Shown: one piece after another, positions 1 to 7,768 of the stretch
Layout: each line of letters begins with the position of its first letter
Numbering within the stretch: the stretch's first letter is position 1
DNA from: Prescottella defluvii
Lineage (GTDB): Bacteria > Actinomycetota > Actinomycetes > Mycobacteriales > Mycobacteriaceae
DNA: 24,000 bases
Reading direction: 5' to 3'
Assembly: GCF_000738775.1 (NCBI RefSeq)
Contig: NZ_JPOC01000079.1
Coordinates: 1-24,000, forward strand
The notes under the pieces: model-generated
The model's database searches: none
Told to the model about the DNA's origin: nothing
What the model saw: the letters and a program-made list of their open reading frames with translations, nothing else
Made by a program: the position numbers and the translations under genes

Positions 1-21
1 GAGGGGGCCTCTTGCGTGTTG

Positions 22-94
22 TGGAGCTGAGGGGAATCGAACCCCTGACCTCTTCGATGCGAACGAAGCGCGCTACCAACTGCGCCACAGCCCC
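22..94 (-). tRNA. tRNA-Ala (anticodon CGC)
   Basis: The reverse complement reads GGGGCTGTGGCGCAGTTGGTAGCGCGCTTCGTTCGCATCGAAGAGGTCAGGGGTTCGATTCCCCTCAGCTCCA (73 nt). It has a 7-bp acceptor stem with the G3:U70 alanine identity pair and a D-arm GCGC/AGTTGGTA/GCGC. The anticodon stem is CTTCG/CGAAG with loop TTCGCAT (CGC), and the T-arm is AGGGG/TTCGATT/CCCCT. CCA is not encoded. Confidence 0.93.
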
Positions 95-196
95 GAACCA
101 CGATCGACTTTCGCTGACCGCTCGGAAACTGTAACAGGACACTCGCCGAGATGACGAATCGCCTGTTCAGAGGCGGAAAACGAACCTGCCGGAGCG

Positions 197-1024
197 TCAC
201 TGCCCGGAGGCGCGCCTCATGCGGTCGTCGCGGTAGGTGACCTCGTAGTCGTCGTGCGGGCGACGATCGCCACGCTCGACGAACTCCGCGTCGTAGTGGT
301 CGAGATGATCGAACGCGGGGTCACCGTCGTCGACCTCGAGAACCACCGCACCGGGCCGCCGCAGCCTGGCCGGGACCAGTCGCAGTTCCCCGTCGGACTC
401 GGACTCGACACCCAGACGCGAACGCCCCAGTCGGGCCATCCGACGGCCACGGATCTCCTGCTCGAGATGGACCTGGCGACGCAGGTGGGCGAGGTAGCCG
501 ACGAGGGCCACCACGGAGAAGGCAGAGACCCACCACATCACGGGCGTCAACGCCACGGCGAGCGCGGCCGTCAGGATCGCCGAGAACACCAACCCGAGCA
601 CCGCCCGCTGACGGAACCGGTATCGGGCGGCGCTCGCAATAGCGTCGGCCTCGGGATCGAATCCGCCCCGGCCGCGCCGATTCGGAACGAAGTCCCGAGC
701 CGCGCCGCGCGAACGGTCGATCGCATCGTCCATCATGTTCTCGTCGGCGTGAGCGTCCATTCGATCCTCCGCATCCGTGCCGTATGAGTCGTCATAAGTG
801 TCACCGCGCAGCCGTATTGCTGCGGGGCGCCAGTTCGGATCGCTCCGATGCCCTGCCGCAGGCCCACGAGCCGGCCGTTCCGCGTCGCCGCGATGCAGCA
901 CTCGAGTCGCGAGTGCCGCATCCGTCGTCTGCCGGATCCGGGGCCGCTTGCTGACAAGCATCGGAACAAGGACGAACAGCCAGACGGCGACCAGCGCGAT
1001 CCAGATGATCGAGGAACTCGGCAT
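197..1024 (-). CDS. Three-TM membrane protein with an Arg/Asp-rich disordered region; Rv0996-like, candidate GlpR/SepX-type divisome receptor
   Basis: ORF 197..1069 trimmed to the ATG at 1024. Position 1069 is a TTG, whereas the ATG at 1024 has GGGAGGAGG 8 nt upstream. The product has an N-terminal TM helix (IIWIALVAVWLFVLVPMLV), then about 120 aa of low-complexity R/D/A-rich sequence. Two adjacent TM helices follow (AVLGLVFSAILTAALAVALTPVMWWVSAFSVVALVGYL), then a charged tail. It lies on the same strand directly after moeA and the GNAT gene, as in the Mtb moeA1-rimJ-Rv0996 arrangement. The family assignment rests on synteny and architecture only. Confidence 0.75.
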   Translation of the reverse strand: MPSSSIIWIALVAVWLFVLVPMLVSKRPRIRQTTDAALATRVLHRGDAERPARGPAAGHRSDPNWRPAAIRLRGDTYDDSYGTDAEDRMDAHADENMMDDAIDRSRGAARDFVPNRRGRGGFDPEADAIASAARYRFRQRAVLGLVFSAILTAALAVALTPVMWWVSAFSVVALVGYLAHLRRQVHLEQEIRGRRMARLGRSRLGVESESDGELRLVPARLRRPGAVVLEVDDGDPAFDHLDHYDAEFVERGDRRPHDDYEVTYRDDRMRRASGQ

Positions 1025-1528
1025 ACCGACGACCTCCTCCCATTCGTCTACCAGCACTGATGACGCCAATGACCTTGTTCAGGGTAGTGGCATCCACACC
1101 GTTGCCGCCGCAGGCGCGCCGACTCAGGTTTCGCAGCTGTCACATCCGTCACTCGATTATCACCTCTCGAGATGGAAATTGCAGCCTCGAGATTCAACTG
1201 AGCCGAAGACCACTTCCCGCGCGCGACGGCAGCACCTATGCACCCGCCCGATGCAAACTCGCGGCCGGCGGCGCCGACACGACGGCCGCGCACACCCCGA
1301 ACCGCGGTCTCCCGACTGTTCACGCAAAAGCGAAAACAACGACAATTCGGCGTCGAAACAAAATCGTTAGCTTCCCTTTATCAAATTCGCGAAAATAAGT
1401 CGCCGAAACCTTACGGAACAATGACGGAGAACCAATACTGCAACCGGACGCCCGCGATTGCCGTAGCCGTCCGACTCTGCCCGAGGCCGGCACGCTCCGG
1501 TCGCGAACATCGAAGACGAGGAATTCCC

Positions 1529-2266
1529 ATGCACGTGAATCACCGGTCTTTTCTTCGCCGCAGGCTCACGCGATCCGCCTCCGCCGTCATCGCCGGGGCG
1601 GCCGCGGTGATGCTCACCGTTTCCGTCGGTTCGGCGGGCGCCGAGGCCACCTTCCAGGAGAACACCTCCGCCCACGCCGTGAGCTTCGACGGGTGGGAGC
1701 TGCACATCGATCAGACCGGCCAATCCATCAACAGCGTCCCGCCGCTGTCCGGCAACCAGTTCACCCGCGACATCTTCGCCAGCGGTCGCGCGCTCGCAAC
1801 GGTCAGCGGCAACGGCGGCTCCCCCTACACCGGCGGCATCCTCGAGGTGGGCTACCAGATCGGATACCAGGCGGACGTCTCCAACGGCGCCGTCATCACC
1901 GGTAACGCCGGTGTGACCCCGGGTGCCGTCTTCGTCCCGGAGGTCGGCGAGACCCTGATCCTGACTGCCGACCCCGCAGTGCCGGCCGCCGTGGAACTGT
2001 TCAACGGGCAGGCACTCGAACTGGGTGTCGAGACGCCGGTCGAAGGCAACCTGTCCACGCAGGTCGCCCCCGGCACCATCGCAACGGTCCCGGTGCAGAA
2101 GAAGGAATGCAAGTCGACCCAGTGCGCCATCACGCTGCGCGACGTCCACCTCGAGGTCAACCACGCCCTGGGCACGGTGTCGGTACGTTCCTACGCCATC
2201 TTCACCGCATCGACCGACCTCGCGGACGACGTGGTCGTCAGCTACGGTCCGCCCGTGATCGTGTGA
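1529..2266 (+). CDS. Divergent MspA-family porin-like secreted protein
   Basis: ORF 1238..2266 trimmed to the ATG at 1529 (GAAGACGAGGAA upstream). The signal peptide is MHVNHRSFLRRRLTRSASAVIAGAAAVMLTVSVGSAGAEA. The mature part aligns by eye to MspA: NSVPPLSGNQFTRDIFASGRA...GGILEVGYQIGYQ versus NGVFPLDRNRLTREWFHSGRA...GTLELGYQIGFP. The C-terminal VVVSYGPPVIV matches SVTTYGEPWNMN. Third-codon-position GC content (GC3) is high. Confidence 0.8.
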   Translation: MHVNHRSFLRRRLTRSASAVIAGAAAVMLTVSVGSAGAEATFQENTSAHAVSFDGWELHIDQTGQSINSVPPLSGNQFTRDIFASGRALATVSGNGGSPYTGGILEVGYQIGYQADVSNGAVITGNAGVTPGAVFVPEVGETLILTADPAVPAAVELFNGQALELGVETPVEGNLSTQVAPGTIATVPVQKKECKSTQCAITLRDVHLEVNHALGTVSVRSYAIFTASTDLADDVVVSYGPPVIV

Positions 2267-2270
2267 CCTT

Positions 2271-2320
2271 CGGCCGAGCGGCCTCGTCGGGCGTCGGGCC
2301 CCGGCGGGGCCGCTCGGCCG
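2271..2320 (+). terminator. Stem-loop terminator candidate after the porin paralogue
   Basis: A perfect 13-bp inverted repeat, CGGCCGAGCGGCC (2271-2283) / GGCCGCTCGGCCG (2308-2320), starts 5 nt after the stop codon. The loop is GC-rich and 24 nt long, and there is no U-tract (common in actinobacteria). Confidence 0.5.
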
Positions 2321-2396
2321 TCACACGACAGATGGCGCACCAGGATCCGGCTCCCCGCGTCCGCCGTGTACCCGTCGTCCCCGGAAAGACACCCCC

Positions 2397-3713
2397 ATGG
2401 CGAAGTCTCGGACTGGTCCGCACAGTTCCCGCGGCCTGCTGACACTGTGCGGTGTCGCGATCGTCGCCGGCTGCGCCACCGGGTTCGTCGGTGGCGCCTT
2501 CCGCTGGTGTCTGCAGGTCGCCGACCGATGGCGGCTGGACCTTCTGGACTGGGCACATCGGGCGCCCGGCCCGGGCTGGCTGGTCCCCATCGCCGTCACG
2601 GCCGTCGGTGCCGCGGCGGCCGCCGGGATCGTACGGACCGTGCCGCTCGCCGCGGGCAGCGGAATCCAGCACGTCGAGGCCGTCGCACGGGGCGAGGCGA
2701 CTCCGCCGTCCCTGTGGGTGGTACCGGCCCGGTTCATCGGTGGGCTCCTCGCGATCGGCTCGGGCCTCGTCCTCGGCCGGGAGGGCCCCACGGTGCACAT
2801 GGGTGCCGCGATCGGCGCCGAAACCGGACGACGCGCACACCTCGCCGACGACGACGTGCGGCGGACCCAGTCCGCGGTCGCCGGCGCGGGACTCGCGGTC
2901 GCGTTCAACGCGCCGATCGGTGGCGCGCTGTTCGTGTTCGAGGAGGTGACGCAAGCTTTCCACGTGCGTGTCGTCGTCCCCACGCTGATCGCGGTCACCA
3001 CCGCCGTCGTGTGCTCCCGATCTGTGCTCGGCGACCGACCGGACTTCGACGTGCGCCTCACCGAATCACCATCGGTCGCCGTGCTTCCGCTGTTCGTCGT
3101 GTTCGGTCTGCTCACCGGACTGCTCGGCGTGCTCTACAACCGACTCGTGATCGGCTTCCTGGACCTCGCCGAGGCCCTGCGCCGCGTTCCTCCGGTCGCA
3201 CGGGCCGGCGCAATCGGTGCGGTCATCGGTCTGCTGCTGGCGATCGACCCGCTCGCTGCGGGCGGCGGCGACGCCCTGGCCCAGCGCATCGTCGGGGGCG
3301 GAAACCTCCTGCTGCCGGTGGCATTCGGACTTGTGCTGATGCGCGTCGTCGCAGGTCCGTTGTCGTACGCCGCGGGCACGCCCGGTGGCCTCTTCGCGCC
3401 ACTCCTCGCCGTCGGCGCGCTGTGGGGCGTGCTCTTCGCCGGTGTCGCCGATGCCGTCCTGCCCACCGGCGGGACGTCCCTGACCGTGCCGATGGCCATC
3501 GTCGGCATGGCTGCGTTCTTCGGCGCCACGGTTCGTGCGCCGCTCACCGGTATCGTCCTCGTGATCGAGATGACGGCCACGGCAATGATCACCGTCCCGA
3601 TGGCCGCTGCCACCGCGGCAGCCGTCCTGGTCGCGCAACTCGCCGGGTCGGCGCCGATCTACGACAGCCTCCGGGAACGGATGCTCGGCCGGCCGACGGT
3701 GGACGGGCCCTGA
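2397..3713 (+). CDS. ClC family voltage-gated chloride channel / H+-Cl- exchanger
   Basis: The 438-aa polytopic protein carries the ClC selectivity-filter motifs GSGIQ, GREGPTVHMG (gating Glu present), GGALFVFEE and GGLFAPLLAVGA, followed by PLTGIVLVIEMT. Confidence 0.92.
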   Translation: MAKSRTGPHSSRGLLTLCGVAIVAGCATGFVGGAFRWCLQVADRWRLDLLDWAHRAPGPGWLVPIAVTAVGAAAAAGIVRTVPLAAGSGIQHVEAVARGEATPPSLWVVPARFIGGLLAIGSGLVLGREGPTVHMGAAIGAETGRRAHLADDDVRRTQSAVAGAGLAVAFNAPIGGALFVFEEVTQAFHVRVVVPTLIAVTTAVVCSRSVLGDRPDFDVRLTESPSVAVLPLFVVFGLLTGLLGVLYNRLVIGFLDLAEALRRVPPVARAGAIGAVIGLLLAIDPLAAGGGDALAQRIVGGGNLLLPVAFGLVLMRVVAGPLSYAAGTPGGLFAPLLAVGALWGVLFAGVADAVLPTGGTSLTVPMAIVGMAAFFGATVRAPLTGIVLVIEMTATAMITVPMAAATAAAVLVAQLAGSAPIYDSLRERMLGRPTVDGP

Positions 3714-3737
3714 GACGGGGCGCCGCCCGGCCGACCC

Positions 3738-4373
3738 CTAGCCCCAGCTGGCTCGCCCGGCCCGCACCAGGCGGTCGGACACCGAACCTGGCACCTCCTC
3801 GACGGTCATCGCGACCAGCAGGTGATCGCGCCACTGCCCGTCGACGTCGAGGTACCGCCGCAGCAGTCCTTCCTCACGGAATCCGGCATGCCGCAGTACC
3901 GCCCGGCTCGCCAGATTCTCCGGGCGCACAGTCGCTTCCACCCGGTGCAGCCCCATCGGACCGAAGCAGTGGTCGAGTCCCAAGGCCAGCGCCGCCGTCG
4001 CGACGCCCTGCCCGCCCACATCCTTCGAAACCCAGTAGCCGATCCACGCCGACGACAAGGCGCCGCGCACGATGTTGCCGACGGTGATCTGCCCGCAGAA
4101 GTCGCCGTTCAGCTCGATGGTCATCGGCAGCATGCGCCCCTTGCGTGCCTCGGAGCGCAGACTCGAACACAATCCCGGCCACGCCGTGACGTGGTGCCGG
4201 TCCGCCCACGGGGCCTGACCCGTCGGCTCCCACGGCTCGAGATGCTCCTGGTTGGCGATGCGCATCCGGCTCCAGACGGCGGCGTCCCGCAACCGTATGG
4301 GCCGCACCGTCACCCGGCCACCGGCAACTCCCAGCGGCCCGAGCCGAGCCGGCCATCCCGGATGAACCGACAT
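3738..4373 (-). CDS. GNAT family N-acetyltransferase (RimJ/RimL-like)
   Basis: ORF 3738..4517 trimmed to the ATG at 4373, which lies 7 nt after the moeA stop; the longer form would overlap moeA by 137 nt. The pattern is RimJ-like: VTVRPIRLRDA...WEPW...GYWV....GQGVATAALALGLDHCF....LHRVEATVRPEN.AS..VLRHAGFREEGLLRRYL..DG.WRDH. The position matches Mtb rimJ (Rv0995). Confidence 0.85.
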   Translation of the reverse strand: MSVHPGWPARLGPLGVAGGRVTVRPIRLRDAAVWSRMRIANQEHLEPWEPTGQAPWADRHHVTAWPGLCSSLRSEARKGRMLPMTIELNGDFCGQITVGNIVRGALSSAWIGYWVSKDVGGQGVATAALALGLDHCFGPMGLHRVEATVRPENLASRAVLRHAGFREEGLLRRYLDVDGQWRDHLLVAMTVEEVPGSVSDRLVRAGRASWG

Positions 4374-4380
4374 CGTTCGT

Positions 4381-5640
4381 TCAGCCCCGCTGCGCAAGGA
4401 ACGCGACTTCCACCTCTTCACCGGCACGGATCTCGGTGACGTCGGGATCCACGAGTACCAGGCAGTTCGCCTCGGCCAACGTCGCGAGCAGGTGCGACGA
4501 CGCACCGGGCGCACCACCGAGCGCCTGCACCAGGTACTCCCCCGTGGACTCGTCGCGCATCAACTGACCGCGCAGGAAACCCTTGCGACTGGCGATGGAC
4601 GTGATCGGAGCGACCGTGCGGGCCGTGACGATCCGCCGCATCGGCTGACGGCGGCCCAGCGCGATCCGGATGAGCGGACGCACCATGACCTCGAACACGA
4701 CGAGCGCGCTCACCGGATTGGACGGCAACAGGAACGTCGGGACCTCGTCCCGCCCCAGCTGGCCGAAACCTTGGACCGATCCCGGGTGCATGGCGACCCG
4801 CTCCACCTCGAGATCCCCGAGGTCGGCGAGCGCGTCCCGCACCTCGTCGGAGGCTCCGCCCCCGACCGCGCCCGCGATCACGACGATCTCGGACCGGATC
4901 AGCTGGCCCTCGACGACCTCACGCAGGCGACGCGGATCCATCGTCGCGATGCCGACCCGGTTGACGTCGGCACCGGCATCGCGCGCCGCAGCCGCCAGCG
5001 CGTACGAGTTGACGTCGTAGACCTGTCCCGGCCCCGGGGTGCGGTCGATGTCGACCAGTTCCCCACCCACCGAGATCACCGACAGGCGCGGGCGCGGATG
5101 CACCAGCACCTTGTCGCGGCCCACCGCGGCCAGCAGGCCCACCTGCGCGGCGCCGATGATGGTGCCCGCCCGCACGGCAACGTCGCCCGGCTGGACGTCG
5201 TCACCGGCCCGGCGGACGTAGTCGCCGGAGCGGACCGGCTTGTAGACCTTGACGCGGGCGTGGCCGCCGTCGGTGCGGTCCATCGGCAGGACCGCGTCGG
5301 CGAGGGTCGGCAGCGGCGCACCGGTGTCGACGCGGACGGCCTGACGCGGCTGCAAGCGGATCGGCTGACGCGAACCCGCCGTCACCTCCCCGACCACGGG
5401 AAGCGTGAGTTCGGTGGGTTCGCCGTCCTCGCCGCGGATATCGGTACCCGCGGCGAGGACGTCGACACTCCGAACTGCGTAGCCGTCGATGGCGGCCTGG
5501 TCGAAGCCGGGCAGTGGCCGTTCGGTCACCACTTCTTCGGCGCACAGCAATCCCTGTGCCTCGGAGATCGCCACCCGGACCGGCCGGGGCGCCACCGCGG
5601 CAGCAGTCACTCTCGACTGCTGCTCCTCAACCGAGCGCAT
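4381..5640 (-). CDS. moeA: MoeA-family molybdopterin molybdenumtransferase / gephyrin-like protein (Glp candidate)
   Basis: The 419-aa product has the MoeA N-terminal signature (PLPGFDQAAIDGYAV), a central MoCF-binding domain (SVISVGGELV...GQVYDVNSY...) and a MoeA C-terminal domain. The position matches Mtb moeA1 (Rv0994). Confidence 0.92.
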   Translation of the reverse strand: MRSVEEQQSRVTAAAVAPRPVRVAISEAQGLLCAEEVVTERPLPGFDQAAIDGYAVRSVDVLAAGTDIRGEDGEPTELTLPVVGEVTAGSRQPIRLQPRQAVRVDTGAPLPTLADAVLPMDRTDGGHARVKVYKPVRSGDYVRRAGDDVQPGDVAVRAGTIIGAAQVGLLAAVGRDKVLVHPRPRLSVISVGGELVDIDRTPGPGQVYDVNSYALAAAARDAGADVNRVGIATMDPRRLREVVEGQLIRSEIVVIAGAVGGGASDEVRDALADLGDLEVERVAMHPGSVQGFGQLGRDEVPTFLLPSNPVSALVVFEVMVRPLIRIALGRRQPMRRIVTARTVAPITSIASRKGFLRGQLMRDESTGEYLVQALGGAPGASSHLLATLAEANCLVLVDPDVTEIRAGEEVEVAFLAQRG

Positions 5641-5691
5641 GTGGTTTCTCGTCCTCCCGACCCTGTCGACCCGACCTCGTACCGCAGACTG

Positions 5692-6612
5692 CTACTCGCC
5701 GGACGGCTTCAGCCGCTCGACCAGCCATTCGCGCAGCGACGGACCGTACTCCTCGCTGTTCAACGCAAAGTCAACCGCAGCACGCAGGTAGCCGCCGGGA
5801 TTTCCCAGATCGTGTCGAGATCCGCGATGGACGACGACGTGGACCGGGTGGCCCTCGGCGATCAGCAGTGCGATCGCGTCGGTGAGCTGCAACTCACCAC
5901 CGGCACCGGGCGTGATCCGGCGCAGCGCGTCGAAGATCGCCCGATCGAGCAGGTAGCGGCCGGCCGCGGCGAACGTGGAGGGAGCGTCCTCCATCGCCGG
6001 CTTCTCGACCATGCCGATCACCTTGAGGACGTCCGGGTTGGTGGCGTCCGGGACGGTCTCGACATCGAACACGCCGTACGCGCTGACCTGGTCCTTCGGG
6101 ACGTCGATCGCGCACAGCACCGAACCGCCGCGCTTCGCCCGGACCCGGGACATCGTCTCGAGGACGCCGCGCGGCATCACGAGATCGTCGGGCAGCAGGA
6201 CGGCGATCGCATCCTCGTCGTCGTCGAGGACGGACTCGGCGCACCCGACCGCGTGACCGAGGCCCAGTGGCTCCGCCTGCACGACGGAATCGACCTCGAG
6301 CAGACCCGGAGCCTTCCGGACCTTCTCGAGCAGGTGGTACTTACCGCTGGCTTCGAGCTTGCTCTCGAGGACGAGGTCCTCGACGAAGTGAGCGACGACA
6401 CCGTCCTTACCGGGAGAGGTCACGATGACCAGTCGGCTCGCTCCGGAGTCGGCCGCCTCGCCCGCCACCAATTCGATTCCCGGGGTGTCGACCACCGGGA
6501 GTAACTCCTTCGGAACGGTCTTCGTCGCAGGTAGGAACCGTGTTCCCATTCCTGCAGCGGGCACAACCGCCGTCCGAAAGCACCTGTTGTCATTGGTGAC
6601 GGCATCTGTCAT
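5692..6612 (-). CDS. galU: UTP--glucose-1-phosphate uridylyltransferase
   Basis: The N-terminal nucleotidyltransferase motif AVVPAAGMGTRFLPATKTVPKELLPVVD is present, with VEKP and LTDAI motifs further on. The product is 306 aa and syntenic with Mtb Rv0993. Confidence 0.94.
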   Translation of the reverse strand: MTDAVTNDNRCFRTAVVPAAGMGTRFLPATKTVPKELLPVVDTPGIELVAGEAADSGASRLVIVTSPGKDGVVAHFVEDLVLESKLEASGKYHLLEKVRKAPGLLEVDSVVQAEPLGLGHAVGCAESVLDDDEDAIAVLLPDDLVMPRGVLETMSRVRAKRGGSVLCAIDVPKDQVSAYGVFDVETVPDATNPDVLKVIGMVEKPAMEDAPSTFAAAGRYLLDRAIFDALRRITPGAGGELQLTDAIALLIAEGHPVHVVVHRGSRHDLGNPGGYLRAAVDFALNSEEYGPSLREWLVERLKPSGE

Positions 6613-6672
6613 AACTCACCACCCTATCCACCGGCCCCCGCGGCCGGTCGCAGCGATCCTAAGGTGGCGATC

Positions 6673-7299
6673 ATGAACTCGCTGTCCAAGACCGAATGGC
6701 GGAGCCGGATTCTCGGAGAACGTCGCTCAGTGAACGACCGAACCCGCGTCGCGGAGGACGCCGCCCTGGTCTCGTTCGTCACATCCGCCGTCGCGACGCT
6801 GACAGGAGATCGGCCCGGACCGACGGTGTGTGCGTACGTCCCGGTCGGCACCGAGCCCGGGACGATCGACATGCTCGAGGCCCTGCGTGAATCGGGGGCT
6901 CGGGTCCTGGTGCCGGTCACCGGCGCCCCCGGCCCCCTCGAATGGGCCGAGTTCACCGGCGCCGATCACCTCGTCGCGGCGAGCTACGGGCTGCGTGAAC
7001 CGAACGGTCCGGTACTGCCGTCGACCGAGGTCGCGGCCGCTTCCGTGGTGTTCGTGCCGGCTTTGGCCGTCGACGAGCACGGCGTCCGGCTCGGCCGCGG
7101 GGCCGGGTTCTACGACCGCACGCTCGGGCTCGCGAATCCCGCGGCCGCGCTGGTCGCCGTCGTCCGCGACGACGAGTTGGTTACCGAACTTCCCGCCGAT
7201 CCCCACGATGTCGCGATGGGGTGGGCGCTCACGCCGGGCCGCGGCCTGACCCGCCTGGCGGGCGGAGACCACCGCGACGGGGCGGCCGGGCAGGAATAG
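6673..7299 (+). CDS. 5-formyltetrahydrofolate cyclo-ligase
   Basis: The ORF opens at a GTG at 6664, but the ATG at 6673 is preceded by AAGGTGG with 5-nt spacing. The motifs are typical of the family (YVPVGTEPGT..., VFVPALAVDEHGVRLGRGAGFYDRTL). The gene is divergent from galU, as for Mtb Rv0992c. Confidence 0.88.
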   Translation: MNSLSKTEWRSRILGERRSVNDRTRVAEDAALVSFVTSAVATLTGDRPGPTVCAYVPVGTEPGTIDMLEALRESGARVLVPVTGAPGPLEWAEFTGADHLVAASYGLREPNGPVLPSTEVAAASVVFVPALAVDEHGVRLGRGAGFYDRTLGLANPAAALVAVVRDDELVTELPADPHDVAMGWALTPGRGLTRLAGGDHRDGAAGQE

Positions 7300-7316
7300 G
7301 GATCTGGTTCGCACTG

Positions 7317-7343
7317 TTGGCACTGTCGACTGTAGAGTGCCAA
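7317..7343 (+). promoter_or_regulatory. CIRCE (HrcA operator) element
   Basis: TTGGCACTG-TCGACTGTA-GAGTGCCAA is a 9-bp inverted repeat (8/9 complementary) with a 9-nt spacer. It matches the CIRCE consensus TTAGCACTC-N9-GAGTGCTAA in 7/9 positions per arm. It ends 37 nt upstream of the zinc-ribbon gene start. Confidence 0.75.
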
Positions 7344-7379
7344 CACCTGCGGTTTGACTACACAATGCGGAGGAACCCA

Positions 7380-7676
7380 GTGCCCACCTACTCGTACGCC
7401 TGCACCGAATGCGACAACCGGTTCGACATCGTGCAGTCGTTCACCGACGACACCCTGACCGTGTGCCCGGAGTGCTCCGGCAAGCTCCGCAAGCTGTTCA
7501 ACTCGGTCGGCATCGTCTTCAAGGGCAGTGGCTTCTACCGCACCGACAGCCGCGGCGGATCGAGCACCGCGAGCGAGCCGGCCAAGAAGTCCGAGTCGAC
7601 CACTGCGTCCTCGTCGTCTGCGTCGTCTGCGTCATCCGCACCGGCCTCGACCAGCGCACCGGCCGCCGCCAGCTGA
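7380..7676 (+). CDS. ruc: FmdB-family zinc-ribbon protein with Ser-rich disordered tail (Rv0991c/Ruc-like redox-regulated chaperone)
   Basis: The GTG at 7380 is preceded by GGAGGA (7369-7374) with 5-nt spacing. The product begins (V)PTYSYACTECDNRFDIVQSFTDDTLTVCPECSGKLRKLFNSVGIVFKGSGFYRTDSR, giving two CxxC pairs. This is followed by about 40 aa of Ser/Ala-rich low complexity. The ORF-track start at 7221 is an upstream extension. Confidence 0.85.
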   Translation: MPTYSYACTECDNRFDIVQSFTDDTLTVCPECSGKLRKLFNSVGIVFKGSGFYRTDSRGGSSTASEPAKKSESTTASSSSASSASSAPASTSAPAAAS

Positions 7677-7768
7677 TCTTGTCCACAGCCCGCCGTTCAT
7701 CCACAGGCGGGTTCGAATCGGCGTCGTGACGCGATCGGGTCTCCGCACCCCGGCCTAGTGTTCCCGCC

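Noticed and set aside
1-196. tRNA-Ala as an integration hotspot / genomic island boundary
   Set aside because: The 3' end of the tRNA faces the left window edge. No integrase, direct repeat of the tRNA 3' end or compositional shift is visible inside the window.
1238-1528. N-terminal extension of the porin paralogue (342-aa version)
   Set aside because: The extension is translated from the AT-rich intergenic island and has poor composition. The internal ATG at 1529 has an SD and is immediately followed by a signal peptide.
2366-4087. 573-aa ORF on the + strand overlapping the ClC gene in another frame
   Set aside because: The translation is extremely Arg/Pro/Gly-rich (RRRR runs) with no domain signatures. 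The ClC frame carries all canonical motifs.
4492-6504. 670-aa ORF on the + strand spanning moeA and galU
   Set aside because: It is antisense to two genes with unmistakable family motifs. The product is Arg/Asp/His/Gly-rich low complexity with no motifs. This is the typical long shadow ORF of a high-GC genome.
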